NCBI GenBank assembly: GCA_963811025.1
Contig: CAWEPX010000006.1
Coordinates: 50,897-114,896, forward strand
Reading direction: 5' to 3'
DNA length: 64,000 nt
From: an uncultured delta proteobacterium
GTDB taxonomy: Bacteria > Desulfobacterota > Deferrimicrobia > Deferrimicrobiales > Deferrimicrobiaceae
Below the pieces are notes generated by a model. The model was not told the DNA's origin. It saw nothing but the letters and a program-made list of their open reading frames with translations, and did no database searches. The translations under genes were made by a program, and so were the position numbers. Of the stretch, positions 46,600 through 56,224 are shown in pieces; within the stretch, counting starts at the first letter, position 1, and each line of letters starts with the position of its first letter.

Positions 46600-47272
46600 C
46601 ACCGGGTTTCTCAGGGTTGAGAATCTTCGCAAGCAGTTCCCGAAAAAGGGCGGTGCAATCGAGGTCCTGAAGGGGATCTCCTTCACACTCGACCGGGGGG
46701 AGATGCTCGGCGTGGTCGGGGTTTCGGGTGTCGGAAAGACGACCCTTCTGCAGATCGTGGGGACCCTCGACCGGGCGACCTCGGGGAGCGTCCTCTACGA
46801 CGGGCGGGACGTGACGTCTTTGCCCGAGGGGAAGCTCGCTGAATTCCGGAACCGGACCGTGGGTTTCGTTTTCCAGTTCCATCACCTGCTGCCCGAGTTC
46901 GATGCGCGGGAGAACGTGATGCTTCCCTGCCTGATCGCCGGGATGACACGGGAAGAGGCCGGGAAAAGGGCGGAGGAACTCCTCTCCGAAGTCGGGCTTT
47001 CCGACAGGATAACCCACCGCATAGGGGAGTTATCCGGAGGGGAACTGCAGAGGGTGGCCATCTGCCGGGCGCTGGCAATGGGTCCGGAAATCCTCCTGGC
47101 CGACGAACCTACCGGAAACCTGGACAAGGAAACCGCAGGAGGCGTTGCCGAACTTCTCGGGGAGTTGAACCGGCGCAGGGGGCTCTCCCTGGTGGTCGTC
47201 ACCCACAACGAGGAGTTGGCCGGGAAGATGCACCGGGTTCTGAAGATCGACGACGGGGTGATCGTTCGGTGA
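46592..47272 (+). CDS. lolD: lipoprotein-releasing ABC transporter ATP-binding protein
   Basis: ...GVVGVSGVGKTTLLQIVG (Walker A) ...LSGGELQRVAICRALA (signature) ...ILLADEPTGNLD (Walker B). Adjacent to the LolC/E permease. Confidence 0.9.
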   Translation: MNSTGFLRVENLRKQFPKKGGAIEVLKGISFTLDRGEMLGVVGVSGVGKTTLLQIVGTLDRATSGSVLYDGRDVTSLPEGKLAEFRNRTVGFVFQFHHLLPEFDARENVMLPCLIAGMTREEAGKRAEELLSEVGLSDRITHRIGELSGGELQRVAICRALAMGPEILLADEPTGNLDKETAGGVAELLGELNRRRGLSLVVVTHNEELAGKMHRVLKIDDGVIVR

Positions 47273-49559
47273 CCGATCTGCGGGGTACGGTTTTGGGTGT
47301 CGCGGTCCTTCTGGCGATCTCGGCGGTTCATCTCCCGGGCGCCGGTGGGGCCGGTTTTCCCATTCTGGGAATCCGCGTGGAAGGGGCGAACCGGGTCGGG
47401 CCCGACACGATTCTTCGTGTCATGGAATCCCGCGTGGGAGGAGAGTTCGATCCCGCGAAGATCCGGGCGGACGTGAAGGCGATCTATCGCATGGGGTATT
47501 TCTCCGACGTGAAAATCGACGCGGAGGAGGAACCCGGCGGTCTTCGGCTCGTTGTGCTCGTCGTCGAGAAGCCGATCGTCTCTTCGATCGAAATCGAGGG
47601 GAACAAGGAAGTGGATATTTCCGACCTCAAGGAGGCGCTCACCATCAAGGAGCGCAGCCTCTTCCAGGAGGACAAAGTCAAGGAGTCGGCGCGCAAATTG
47701 GTGGAAGTCTGCCAGAACAGGGGATATTACGACGCGACCGTCGTCCCCTCCGTACGGGAGGAGGCGGACGGCTCCATCCGGGTTGCCTTCCGCGTGTCGG
47801 AAGGGGAAAAGCTTACGATCGAGAAGATCCGTATCACCGGGAACCAGTTTATGGGGAAGAAGAAAATTCTTGAAAGTGATGCAAACAACCACGAAAGGAT
47901 TATTTTCGTTCATCACCGACTCGGGGACCTTCAAGAAAGACGTTCTCGAGAACGATGTCCGGCTGATTGAGGCGCTGTACCAGGACAACGGGTTCATGGA
48001 CTCCAAGGTCTCCGATCCCGAGATCGGAAGGGGGCCGAAGGGATTGGTGGTGACGATCCACGTGTTCGAGGGGCGACAGTACCGCGTGGGGAAGGTCCGC
48101 TTCTCCGGGGATTCCGGCTTGTCCGAAGAGGGACAACGAAAGGCCGTGAAGCTCAAGGAAGGCGACGTGTTCAGCCGGGAGACTCTTCTTTCGGACGTCC
48201 TTTCCCTGACCACGGCCATGAACGACAAGGGATACGCCCTCGCGATCGTCTCCCCCCTCGTGGAGAAGCGGAAGGAATATCCCCTGGCCGATGTGATGTA
48301 CAAGGCGGAGAAGGGGGACAAGTTCCGGTTCGGGAAGGTGGAGGTGCTCGGAAACACCAAGACGCTCGACAGGGTGATCCGGCGCAATCTCGACGTGGCC
48401 GACGGCATGACGTACACCGCCACCGGGCTTAAAAAAAGCAAGGAAAACCTCACCCGCCTCTCCTATTTCAAGGACGTCAAGATCAGCACCGAGCCCTCGA
48501 CGGTGCCCCGGGAAATGGACGTCAAGGTCGAGGTGCAGGAGGGTCCGACCGGAACCCTGTCGGGCGGACTGGGGTTCAGCACCGTGGACAAGATCTTCGG
48601 TGTGGTCCAGTTGACCGAGAACAACCTCTTTGGAAGGGGCTGGAAAGCCTCCCTCAACTCCCAGTTCGGATCCCGTAGGACGTTGTTCAGCCTGGACTTC
48701 CGGGATCCCTACTTTCTCGATTCCGACTTCAGCCTGCTGCTGAACGCCTACAACTTGCGGACGAATTACACCGATTTCGAGAGGAAGTCCACCGGTGGGA
48801 AGATCGGCTTCGGGTATTCGCTCGACAGGAACACAACCGCCAGCCTGGCCTTTCGGCTCGACGACGTGGAGATCATCGATCCGCGGGCATGCCGTTTCCC
48901 CGATCCTGCAGAAAGAGTTCGCCAAGGGGAGGCAACAGACCCGGAGTCTCACGTTCAACCTGTCGCGGAACACCACGGACAAGTATATCGACCCTTCGCG
49001 AGGATCCGTAGAATCCGCGACGGTGGAATACGCGGGGGGTCCCCTGGGGGGCGACTCGGACTTCGTGAAATATTTCCTGAACACGAAGGTATATTTCCCG
49101 GTCACAAAATCGACCGTCATTTCCGGGAACTTTCTATGGGGGCACACGATCAGTACGGTGGGGGGGACGGTCCCGCTCTACGAACGCTTCTTCCTGGGGG
49201 GTCCCTACAACATCCGGGGCTTCAAAGCCCGGACCATCTCCCCGGTAGACCCGAACACCGGCGAAGAGATCGGCGGAAACAAGGAACTGGTGGTGAACGT
49301 GGAATATATTTTCCCCATCTTCGGCGAGTTCGGGTTGAAGGGGGTCTTTTTTTTCGACATGGGGAATACCTGGGGACAGGGGCAGTGGCCGTGGGATATG
49401 AAGCCGTGGGACGGACCTTCCGTCCGGTATGCGGCAGGGACGGGCATTCGCTGGTACTCCCCGATGGGTCCCCTGCGGATCGAATGGGGGTGGAACCTGA
49501 ACCCCGAACCCGGTGAGGAGAAGCTCGTGATGGAGTTCACGATCGGAACGGCATTTTAA
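47269..49559 (+). CDS. bamA: outer membrane protein assembly factor BamA (two apparent +1 frameshifts near 47868-47875 and 48881-48895)
   Basis: GTG 47269 overlaps the lolD TGA. POTRA repeats ...ILGIRVEGANRVGPDTILRVMESRVGGEFDPAKIRADVKAIYRMGYFSDVKID... Frame 2 ...KVMQTTTKGLFSFITDSGTFKKDVLENDVRLIEALYQDNGF... Frame 3 carries the barrel end ...YERFFLGGPYNIRGF...GVFFFDMGNTW...GTGIRWYSPMGPLRIEWGWNL. Confidence 0.9.
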
Positions 49560-49574
49560 CCAGGAGGTACGACA

Positions 49575-50108
49575 ATGCAAAAGAGGTATAAAGGTATCAT
49601 CGCGGCGGTAGTTACGGCGGCCATTCTGGCCGCGGGGCCGGCAATTGCGCAGGGGCTCAAGATAGCCGTGATCGACGTCAACAAGGTCCTGAACGAGTCC
49701 GAAGCCGGAAAGATCGCGAGAAAGAAGATGGAGGACCGGTACGAGGAGCTGAAGAAAAAGGTTGATGCGTTGACCGAGGAAGCGAAAAAGATGAAGGAGG
49801 AGATCGACAAGCAGAAGATCCTCCTGGGCAAGGAGAAGCTGAAAGCCAAAGAAGATGCCCTCGCCGCGAAGGTCGCGGAACTACGCAAGGTCTCCCAGGA
49901 ATCGGAGACCGAGATGCAGCGCCGCCAGCGGGACTTGACCCGCGATGTCCTCAAGATCGTCGAGGGGCAGGTGGACAAGATCGTGCAGGAAGAGAAGATC
50001 GACCTCCTGCTCGAGAGAAGCAGCGGGGTCGTGCACTTCAACCCGTCGCTGGATATCACCGCCAAGGTCCTGGCACTGGTGAACAAGGAGAAACCTGGTG
50101 GGAAGTGA
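49575..50108 (+). CDS. skp: periplasmic chaperone Skp/OmpH
   Basis: Signal peptide MQKRYKGIIAAVVTAAILAAGPAIAQ. Then LKIAVIDVNKVLNESEAGKIARKKMEDRYEELKKKVDALTEEAKKMKEEIDKQK... coiled coil. bamA-skp-lpxD synteny. Confidence 0.88.
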   Translation: MQKRYKGIIAAVVTAAILAAGPAIAQGLKIAVIDVNKVLNESEAGKIARKKMEDRYEELKKKVDALTEEAKKMKEEIDKQKILLGKEKLKAKEDALAAKVAELRKVSQESETEMQRRQRDLTRDVLKIVEGQVDKIVQEEKIDLLLERSSGVVHFNPSLDITAKVLALVNKEKPGGK

Positions 50109-51133
50109 GTTCCGACTTTCCGACCTCGCGGCCCGGATCGGTGCGGTGGTGGTCGGCGCGGGAGAGGTTGTGGTTTCCGGCGTTGCCCCGATCGAGGAGG
50201 CGGGGCCGGGGCAGGTGACGTTTCTCGCGAACCCGAAGTACCAGGGTTTCGCCAGGGATTCGAGCGCCTCGGCGATCATCGCGAGGGAACCCGTTCCCGG
50301 GTCGCGTGCGGCGTTCCTTGTTTCCGACAACCCGTATCATGCCTTCGCGTGCGTTATCGAGGCGTTCCATCCTCCGGCGCTTTCTGTCCCCGGGATATCG
50401 GACCGGGCGGTCGTCGACCCGTCCTCCCGTCTCGGGACAGACGTAACCGTATCGCCGTTCGTGTCCATCGGGGAAGGAGCCGAGGTGGGTGACCGCACCG
50501 TCCTGTTTCCCGGCGTCTGCGTGGGGGAAAGTGGTGAGCATCGGACCGGACTGCCTCGTGTATCCCAACGTCGTGCTGTACCACGGAGTCAAGGTGGGTG
50601 CCCGCGTGATCCTGCACGCGGGGTGCGTCATCGGAAGCGACGGGTTCGGATTTGCCCCGACGTCCGATGGGTTCCGGAAGATCCCCCAGGTGGGGACCGT
50701 CGAGATCGAGGATGACGTGGAGATCGGGGCGAACACGACCATCGACAGGGCGACGCTGGGCGTCACCCGGGTCTGTCGGGGGGCAAAGCTGGACAACCTC
50801 ATCCAGGTCGGTCACAACGTGGTTATCGGCAGCGGCACGGCAATTGCTGCGCAGGCCGGGATTTCCGGGAGCACGCGGATCGGTAGCCGCGTCATGATCG
50901 GAGGGCAGGCAGGGCTTGCAGGCCATCTCGAAGTGGATGACGGTTTGATGCTGGGAGCGAAGTGCGGCGTCCCCGATTCGCTGCGCGCCTCGGTTTCCCG
51001 GGTATGGTCGGGAATACCGGCGATGCCGCATCCCACTTGGCTCCGGATGGCGATCCTGCTGCCGAAGCTGCCGGAGCTTTTCCGCCGCGTGAAACGGCTC
51101 GAGGAAGGCAAAAAAACGAGGAGGGGGAAGTGA
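50098..51133 (+). CDS. lpxD: UDP-3-O-acylglucosamine N-acyltransferase (one apparent +1 frameshift near 50523-50530)
   Basis: Frame 1: (GTG) [48 protein letters not shown]...[10 protein letters not shown]. Frame 2: [41 protein letters not shown]...[29 protein letters not shown]....[13 protein letters not shown]. Hexapeptide repeats throughout. Confidence 0.9.
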
Positions 51134-51134
51134 C

Positions 51135-51602
51135 ATGTTCAATACGCAGGAAATCATGAGAATGCTGCCGCACAGGTACCCTTTCCTGCTCCTGGACCGG
51201 ATCGTGGAATTTGATCCGGGCCGGCGTATTGTCGGACTCAAGAACGTCACGATCAACGAGCCCTTCTTCACGGGGCACTTCCCCGGCTACCCCATCATGC
51301 CCGGCGTTCTCATCGTCGAGGCGTTGGCCCAGGCGGGAGGATTTCTGGCCCTCGAGGCCATGGGCAAAGGGGAAAATATGGCTTTCTTCGCAGGCATCGA
51401 CAATTGCAAATTCCGCCGGCCGGTTGTCCCGGGCGACCAGCTTCGGCTCGAGTGCACCGTGATCGGTCACAAGGGGCCGGTCTGGAAGGTTCACGGAGAG
51501 GCCACGGTGGACGGCGTCGTCGTCGTGAAGGCCGACCTGACGGCGTCGATGGTGGGACAGGGGGACGAAGGGGAAGGGAGCGGTGGAGGAGCGAAGCGAT
51601 GA
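51135..51602 (+). CDS. fabZ: 3-hydroxyacyl-ACP dehydratase FabZ
   Basis: MFNTQEIMRMLPHRYPFLLLDRIVEFDPGRRIVGLKNVTINEPFFTGHFPGYPIMPGVLIVEALAQAGG...FAGIDNCKFRRPVVPGDQL. Confidence 0.94.
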   Translation: MFNTQEIMRMLPHRYPFLLLDRIVEFDPGRRIVGLKNVTINEPFFTGHFPGYPIMPGVLIVEALAQAGGFLALEAMGKGENMAFFAGIDNCKFRRPVVPGDQLRLECTVIGHKGPVWKVHGEATVDGVVVVKADLTASMVGQGDEGEGSGGGAKR

Positions 51603-52380
51603 TTCATCCGACGGCGATCATCGATCCCGGCGCTTCCCTCGGGGAAGGAGTGGAGGTCGGCGCATACGCCGTGGTCGGCCCCAAGGTGGCGCTGGGCGAC
51701 GGGTGCAGGATCGGAGCGCACGCGATCATCGAATCCCACGCCAGGATCGGGAGGGGAACCCGCATCTTCTCCTTCGCCTCGGTAGGTTCCCCCCCCAGGA
51801 TCTCAAGTTCCGGGGGGAGGAGACCTGGGTGGAAATCGGTGAAGGGTGCACCATCCGGGAGTACGTCACGGTGAACCGGGGAACCGTCACCGGCGGGGGT
51901 ACGACCCGGGTCGGGAACGGCGTGCTCCTCATGGCCTATTGCCACGTCGCGCACGACTGCTACGTCCGCGACAGGGTGATCATGGCCAACGCGGCGACGC
52001 TGGGCGGGCACGTCGATGTCGGCGAGGGAGCGATCATCGGCGGCCTCGTCGGGGTCCACCAGTTCGTCCGTATCGGCTCGTATGCGATCATCGGGGCGCT
52101 TTCCGGAATTCCTCTCGACATCCCGCCCTACGTTACGGCGGTGGTGGCGCGCGGGAAGAAGGGGAGCGGATTGTTCGGGCTGAACCTTATCGGCTTGAAA
52201 AGGAACCGGTTTTCGGAGCAGACGATCGCGGAACTCAAAAAAGCGTACCGGATCCTGTTCCGTTCGGGTCTACCGATGCGGGAGGCGCTCCTGCGGGCAG
52301 AGACGGAGACGGAGTCTCTCCCCGAGGTCCGGAATCTCCTCGAATTCGTCAGGTCCAGCAAGCGAGGGGTGCAAAGGTAG
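51599..52380 (+). CDS. lpxA: acyl-ACP--UDP-N-acetylglucosamine O-acyltransferase (frame break in the C8 homopolymer at 51789-51796; behaves as -1 or +2)
   Basis: ATG 51599 overlaps the fabZ TGA (ATGA). Frame 1: MIHPTAIIDPGASLGEGVEVGAYAVVGPKVALGDGCRIGAHAIIESHARIGRGTRIFSFASVGS. Frame 2: PQDLKFRGEETWVEIGEGCTIREYVTVNRGT...YCHVAHDCYVRDRVIMANAATLGGHV...GLNLIGLKRNRFS. Confidence 0.9.
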
Positions 52381-52383
52381 GGC

Positions 52384-53316
52384 ATGCTCCGGGCGGGCGT
52401 CATCGGCGTAGGGTACCTCGGAAGACTGCACGCCCAGAAGATCGCGTCGTTCGACGATGTCGTGTTCTCCGGGGTCTGCGACGCCGATCGGGAGAGGGGG
52501 AAGGCGGTCGCGCAGGAGTTCGGGACCTCCTTTTTCGAGAATACCCGGAAGCTTCTGCGGGAAGTCGACGCGGTATCCATCGCGGTGCCCACGACCGCCC
52601 ATTTCCGAGTAGCACGGGAAGCGATGCGGGCAGGGGTCCACGTCCTCCTCGAGAAGCCGATCGCGGCAACCGTCCGTGAGGGGCGCACTCTGGTGCGGGA
52701 GGCCGCCGAGCGGGGCCTCGTCTTCCAGATCGGGCATCTGGAGCGATTCAACTCCGCGGTTATCTCCGCCACCTCCGTATTGAAGGAGCCCCGGTTCATC
52801 GAGTGCCACAGGCTCGGCATGTTCGGGGGACGGGGCACGGACGTGGACGTGGTCCTCGACCTGATGATCCACGACATCGATCTCCTCCTCTCCTTCGTGC
52901 GGTCGCCCGTGGCACGGATCAGTGCCGTCGGGGTGCCGGTGATCTCCTCCAACGTAGACATCGCGAACGCCCGGCTCACATTTGCCAACGGATGCGTGGC
53001 CAACGTAACGGCAAGCAGGGTGTCCATGCGGAAGCAACGCAAGATCCGGATCTTCCAGGAAGATGCCTATGTGTCGATGGACTTCGTCGAGAACCAGATC
53101 CAGATCTACAGGCGGACCTTTCCGGCGGGGCCGGGGAGTCTTCCGGAAATCACCGGCGAAGTGCTCGAAACGGAAAAGGGGGACGCCCTGCGGGACGAGA
53201 TCCGATCCTTCGTCGAATGTGCCGGGACCGGGGCCGCGCCTCGCGTTTCCGGGGAGGACGGGCTCGCGGCGCTGGAGGTTGCCTTCCGTATCCTTCGGAA
53301 GATGAGGCGTCGTTGA
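52384..53316 (+). CDS. Gfo/Idh/MocA-family NAD(P)-dependent oxidoreductase embedded in the lipid A cluster (GnnA-like candidate)
   Basis: MLRAGVIGVGYLGRLHAQKI (Rossmann GxGxxG) ...DAVSIAVPTTAHFRVAREAMRAGVHVLLEKPIA (EKP motif) ...FQIGHLERFN. Located between lpxA and lpxB. Confidence 0.8.
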   Translation: MLRAGVIGVGYLGRLHAQKIASFDDVVFSGVCDADRERGKAVAQEFGTSFFENTRKLLREVDAVSIAVPTTAHFRVAREAMRAGVHVLLEKPIAATVREGRTLVREAAERGLVFQIGHLERFNSAVISATSVLKEPRFIECHRLGMFGGRGTDVDVVLDLMIHDIDLLLSFVRSPVARISAVGVPVISSNVDIANARLTFANGCVANVTASRVSMRKQRKIRIFQEDAYVSMDFVENQIQIYRRTFPAGPGSLPEITGEVLETEKGDALRDEIRSFVECAGTGAAPRVSGEDGLAALEVAFRILRKMRRR

Positions 53317-54467
53317 TGCCGCCTGCCAAGACCCTGTTCATCCTCTGCGGGGAACCCTCGGGAGAGACGTACGCTGTGCGTGTCGCCCGCGCGTTCCGCA
53401 AGCGATTTCCCGCTGCCCCGATGGAGGGGATCGGCGGCGCCCGTCTGGCGGGCGAGGGGGTGCGCCTCCTGCAAGATTACGGGGAGATCTCCGTAGTCGG
53501 GATGACCGAAGTGATACGCCACCTTCCGGCGATCACCCGTGCGCTGCGCGGGGCGGTTCGCAGGGTGAAGAGCCCCGACGTAGGAGCGCTCCTCCTCGTC
53601 GATTTCCCCGAGTTCAATTTCCGGGTAGGAAAAAAAGCGAATGCCGGCGGGATCCCCGTGATCTACTACATCCCCCCGCAGCTCTGGGCGTGGAGGGCGG
53701 GGCGGGCCGAGGAACTGGGCCGGTTCACGAGGGGCGTGGTCGTCCCCTTTCCCTTCGAAGAACCGATTCTGAAAGAAAAAGGGGTGAATGTCCGGTTCGC
53801 CGGCCATCCTCTTCTTGACGAGCTGGCTCCCTACTTCGACGCCCCTGCGGGCGCGGGGAACTGCGGGATCCCGGAAGGAAAGCGGGTCGTGGGGCTGCTC
53901 CCCGGAAGCCGGCCGGGGGAGATACGCAGGCACTTCCCGTTGATGGTCGAGGCGGCCCGCAGGATCGCGGCCCGCTTCCCCGATGTCCACTTCGCCGTTC
54001 CGCTCGCCGGACCGGAGTTCCGGGAGATGCTCCTGGCGGGGTTGACGGGGAGCGCACTCCCTTTGACAATAGTGGAAAATGAGCGGTTCCTGGTGTTCCG
54101 GAGGATGAAGGCCGCCCTTGCTGCCTCGGGGACGGCGACGCTGGAACTGGCGTTGCTCGGCGTCCCGCCCGTGATCGTCTACCGGACGTCGTTCGTAACC
54201 TACCGAATCGGGAAGAGGATGGCCCAGGTCCCGTGCATCGGTCTGCCCAACATCGTGGCGGGCCGGAAGTTTCTGCCGGAACTGATCCAGGAACAATGCC
54301 GCCCCGAGACGATGGCGCAGGAGATCGGCGATCTTCTGACCGACGACGGAAAGCGGGTGCGACTGTCCGAAATGTGCCGGGGACTGCGGGGAGTCCTGGC
54401 CGGGACGGGTCCGGCGGAGGCGGTCGTGGAGATGCTTGCGCAGGAGGCTGGTGCGGTATGGGGATGA
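53316..54467 (+). CDS. lpxB: lipid-A-disaccharide synthase
   Basis: MPPAKTLFILCGEPSGETYAVRVARAF...ISVVGMTEVIRHLP...LLLVDFPEFNFRVGKKA...IPVIYYIPPQLWAWR.GR...LLPGSR.GEI...ASGTATLELALLGVP.VI.Y. The ATG shares one nt with the upstream TGA. Confidence 0.9.
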   Translation: MPPAKTLFILCGEPSGETYAVRVARAFRKRFPAAPMEGIGGARLAGEGVRLLQDYGEISVVGMTEVIRHLPAITRALRGAVRRVKSPDVGALLLVDFPEFNFRVGKKANAGGIPVIYYIPPQLWAWRAGRAEELGRFTRGVVVPFPFEEPILKEKGVNVRFAGHPLLDELAPYFDAPAGAGNCGIPEGKRVVGLLPGSRPGEIRRHFPLMVEAARRIAARFPDVHFAVPLAGPEFREMLLAGLTGSALPLTIVENERFLVFRRMKAALAASGTATLELALLGVPPVIVYRTSFVTYRIGKRMAQVPCIGLPNIVAGRKFLPELIQEQCRPETMAQEIGDLLTDDGKRVRLSEMCRGLRGVLAGTGPAEAVVEMLAQEAGAVWG

Positions 54468-56224
54468 CGGTCTATCGGCGCATGCTCAATTATGTACGTC
54501 CGTACACGATGCGGCTCGTACTCGCGATGGGGTTCATGGTCATCGTGTCCTCCTTCCGGGGCGCGATCGCCTTTCTCGTAAAGCCCGCGCTGGACGATAT
54601 CTTCATCAACAAGGACGCCGCCCGGCTCGCCATCATCCCCCTGCTCGTCCTGGGGGTCTACCTGATCAAGGGTCTGTGCGAGTTCGCCCAGAGCTATCTG
54701 ATGAGCGGCGTCGGACAGCGGGTTATCCGGGATATCCGCGATCACCTCTACCGCCACATGCAGTCCCTCTCTCTCTCCTTCTACATGAAACATCCCACCG
54801 GCGTGCTGATGTCCCGTGTGACCAACGACGTCGGGCTCATGCAGGGGGCCGTGACGGAGGCGGTCACGGGCCTCATCAAGGACGTATTTTCTGCGCTCTT
54901 CCTCGCGGCAGTCATATTTTACCGTGACTGGAAACTGGCCCTGGTCGCTCTCGTGGCGTTTCCCCTCGCCTTATGGCCCATCGTCAAGTTCGGCCGGAAG
55001 CTCCGAAGGACGAGCATCCGGACCCAGGAGGTAACGGGGGGGCTGACCTCTCACCTGCAGGAAACGATCAGCGGCGCGAAACTCGTGAAGTCCTTTGGAG
55101 CCGAGGAGTATGAGGTGGACCGGTTCGCGACCCGCAACGACAAGCTGTTCCGCCTGAGCATGAAGGTGGTGAAGGTCCAGGCGATGACTTCCCCCCTCTC
55201 GGAGATGTTCGCGGGGGTGGGCGCCGCCGCGGTCATCTTCTACGGCGGGTACAGCGTCATGAACGGTCAGAGCACGCCGGGGAACTTCTTCTCCTTCATG
55301 ACCGCTCTCTTCATGCTCTACGAACCCGTCAGGCGCCTGTCCCGTATCAACAACGTGATCCAGCAGGGGATCGCCGCCGCCAGCCGGGTGTTCGAAGTAC
55401 TGGACACACTGCCCGACGTCATGGAGAAGAAGGATGCGCCGGACCTGCCCGGAATCGAAAAGGGAATCGAGTTCGACCGCGTCGATTTTAGGTATTCCGA
55501 TAAAGGGGAGTACATCCTGAAGGACATTTCTTTCCGGGTTTCTCTCGGCACGCTGGTGGCCATCGTGGGGTCGAGCGGAGCCGGCAAGACCACTCTCGTC
55601 GACCTGCTCCCCCGTTTCTACGACCCCCAGAACGGGGCGATCCGGATCGACGGCACGGACATCCGGGACGTTTCCCTTTCCTCGCTGCGCTCGCAGATCG
55701 GTATAGTAAGTCAGCACACGATCCTGTTCAACGATACCGTTCGTAACAACATCGCGTACGGGATGGCGGACGCCTCGAAGGAGAAAATCGAAGAGGCTGC
55801 GCGCCGGGCGAACGCGCACGGATTCCTTTCCCGGATGCCGGAGGGGTACGATACGGTCATCGGCGAACAGGGACTGAAACTCTCGGGCGGGGAAAGGCAG
55901 CGCGTCGCAATCGCCCGGGCGATCCTCAAGGACGCTCCGATCCTGATCCTGGACGAGGCGACCTCGGCCCTCGACACCGAATCGGAAAGCGTGGTCCAGG
56001 AGGCGCTCGAGCACCTTATGCGCGGTCGAACCACCTTCGTGATCGCTCACCGGCTCTCCACGGTCCGCAACGCCGACGTGATCCTGGTGGTCGAGGAGGG
56101 ACGGATTGTCGAGAGTGGAGGACACGAGGAACTCCTGGCGCGGGAGTCGCGTTACCGCTCGTTCTACCTCAAGCAGTTCGAGGAGAGGAAATCCGGTGCG
56201 GAAGGCCGTCCTGGCAGCGCCTGA
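54458..56224 (+). CDS. msbA: lipid A export ABC transporter (permease/ATPase) MsbA
   Basis: Six-TM domain MTVYRRMLNYVRPYTMRLVLAMGFMVIVS... NBD GSSGAGKTTLVDLLPRFYDP (Walker A), LSGGERQRVAIARAIL, ILILDEATSALD. Position within the lpx cluster. ATG 54464 is an alternative start. Confidence 0.88.
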   Translation: MGMTVYRRMLNYVRPYTMRLVLAMGFMVIVSSFRGAIAFLVKPALDDIFINKDAARLAIIPLLVLGVYLIKGLCEFAQSYLMSGVGQRVIRDIRDHLYRHMQSLSLSFYMKHPTGVLMSRVTNDVGLMQGAVTEAVTGLIKDVFSALFLAAVIFYRDWKLALVALVAFPLALWPIVKFGRKLRRTSIRTQEVTGGLTSHLQETISGAKLVKSFGAEEYEVDRFATRNDKLFRLSMKVVKVQAMTSPLSEMFAGVGAAAVIFYGGYSVMNGQSTPGNFFSFMTALFMLYEPVRRLSRINNVIQQGIAAASRVFEVLDTLPDVMEKKDAPDLPGIEKGIEFDRVDFRYSDKGEYILKDISFRVSLGTLVAIVGSSGAGKTTLVDLLPRFYDPQNGAIRIDGTDIRDVSLSSLRSQIGIVSQHTILFNDTVRNNIAYGMADASKEKIEEAARRANAHGFLSRMPEGYDTVIGEQGLKLSGGERQRVAIARAILKDAPILILDEATSALDTESESVVQEALEHLMRGRTTFVIAHRLSTVRNADVILVVEEGRIVESGGHEELLARESRYRSFYLKQFEERKSGAEGRPGSA

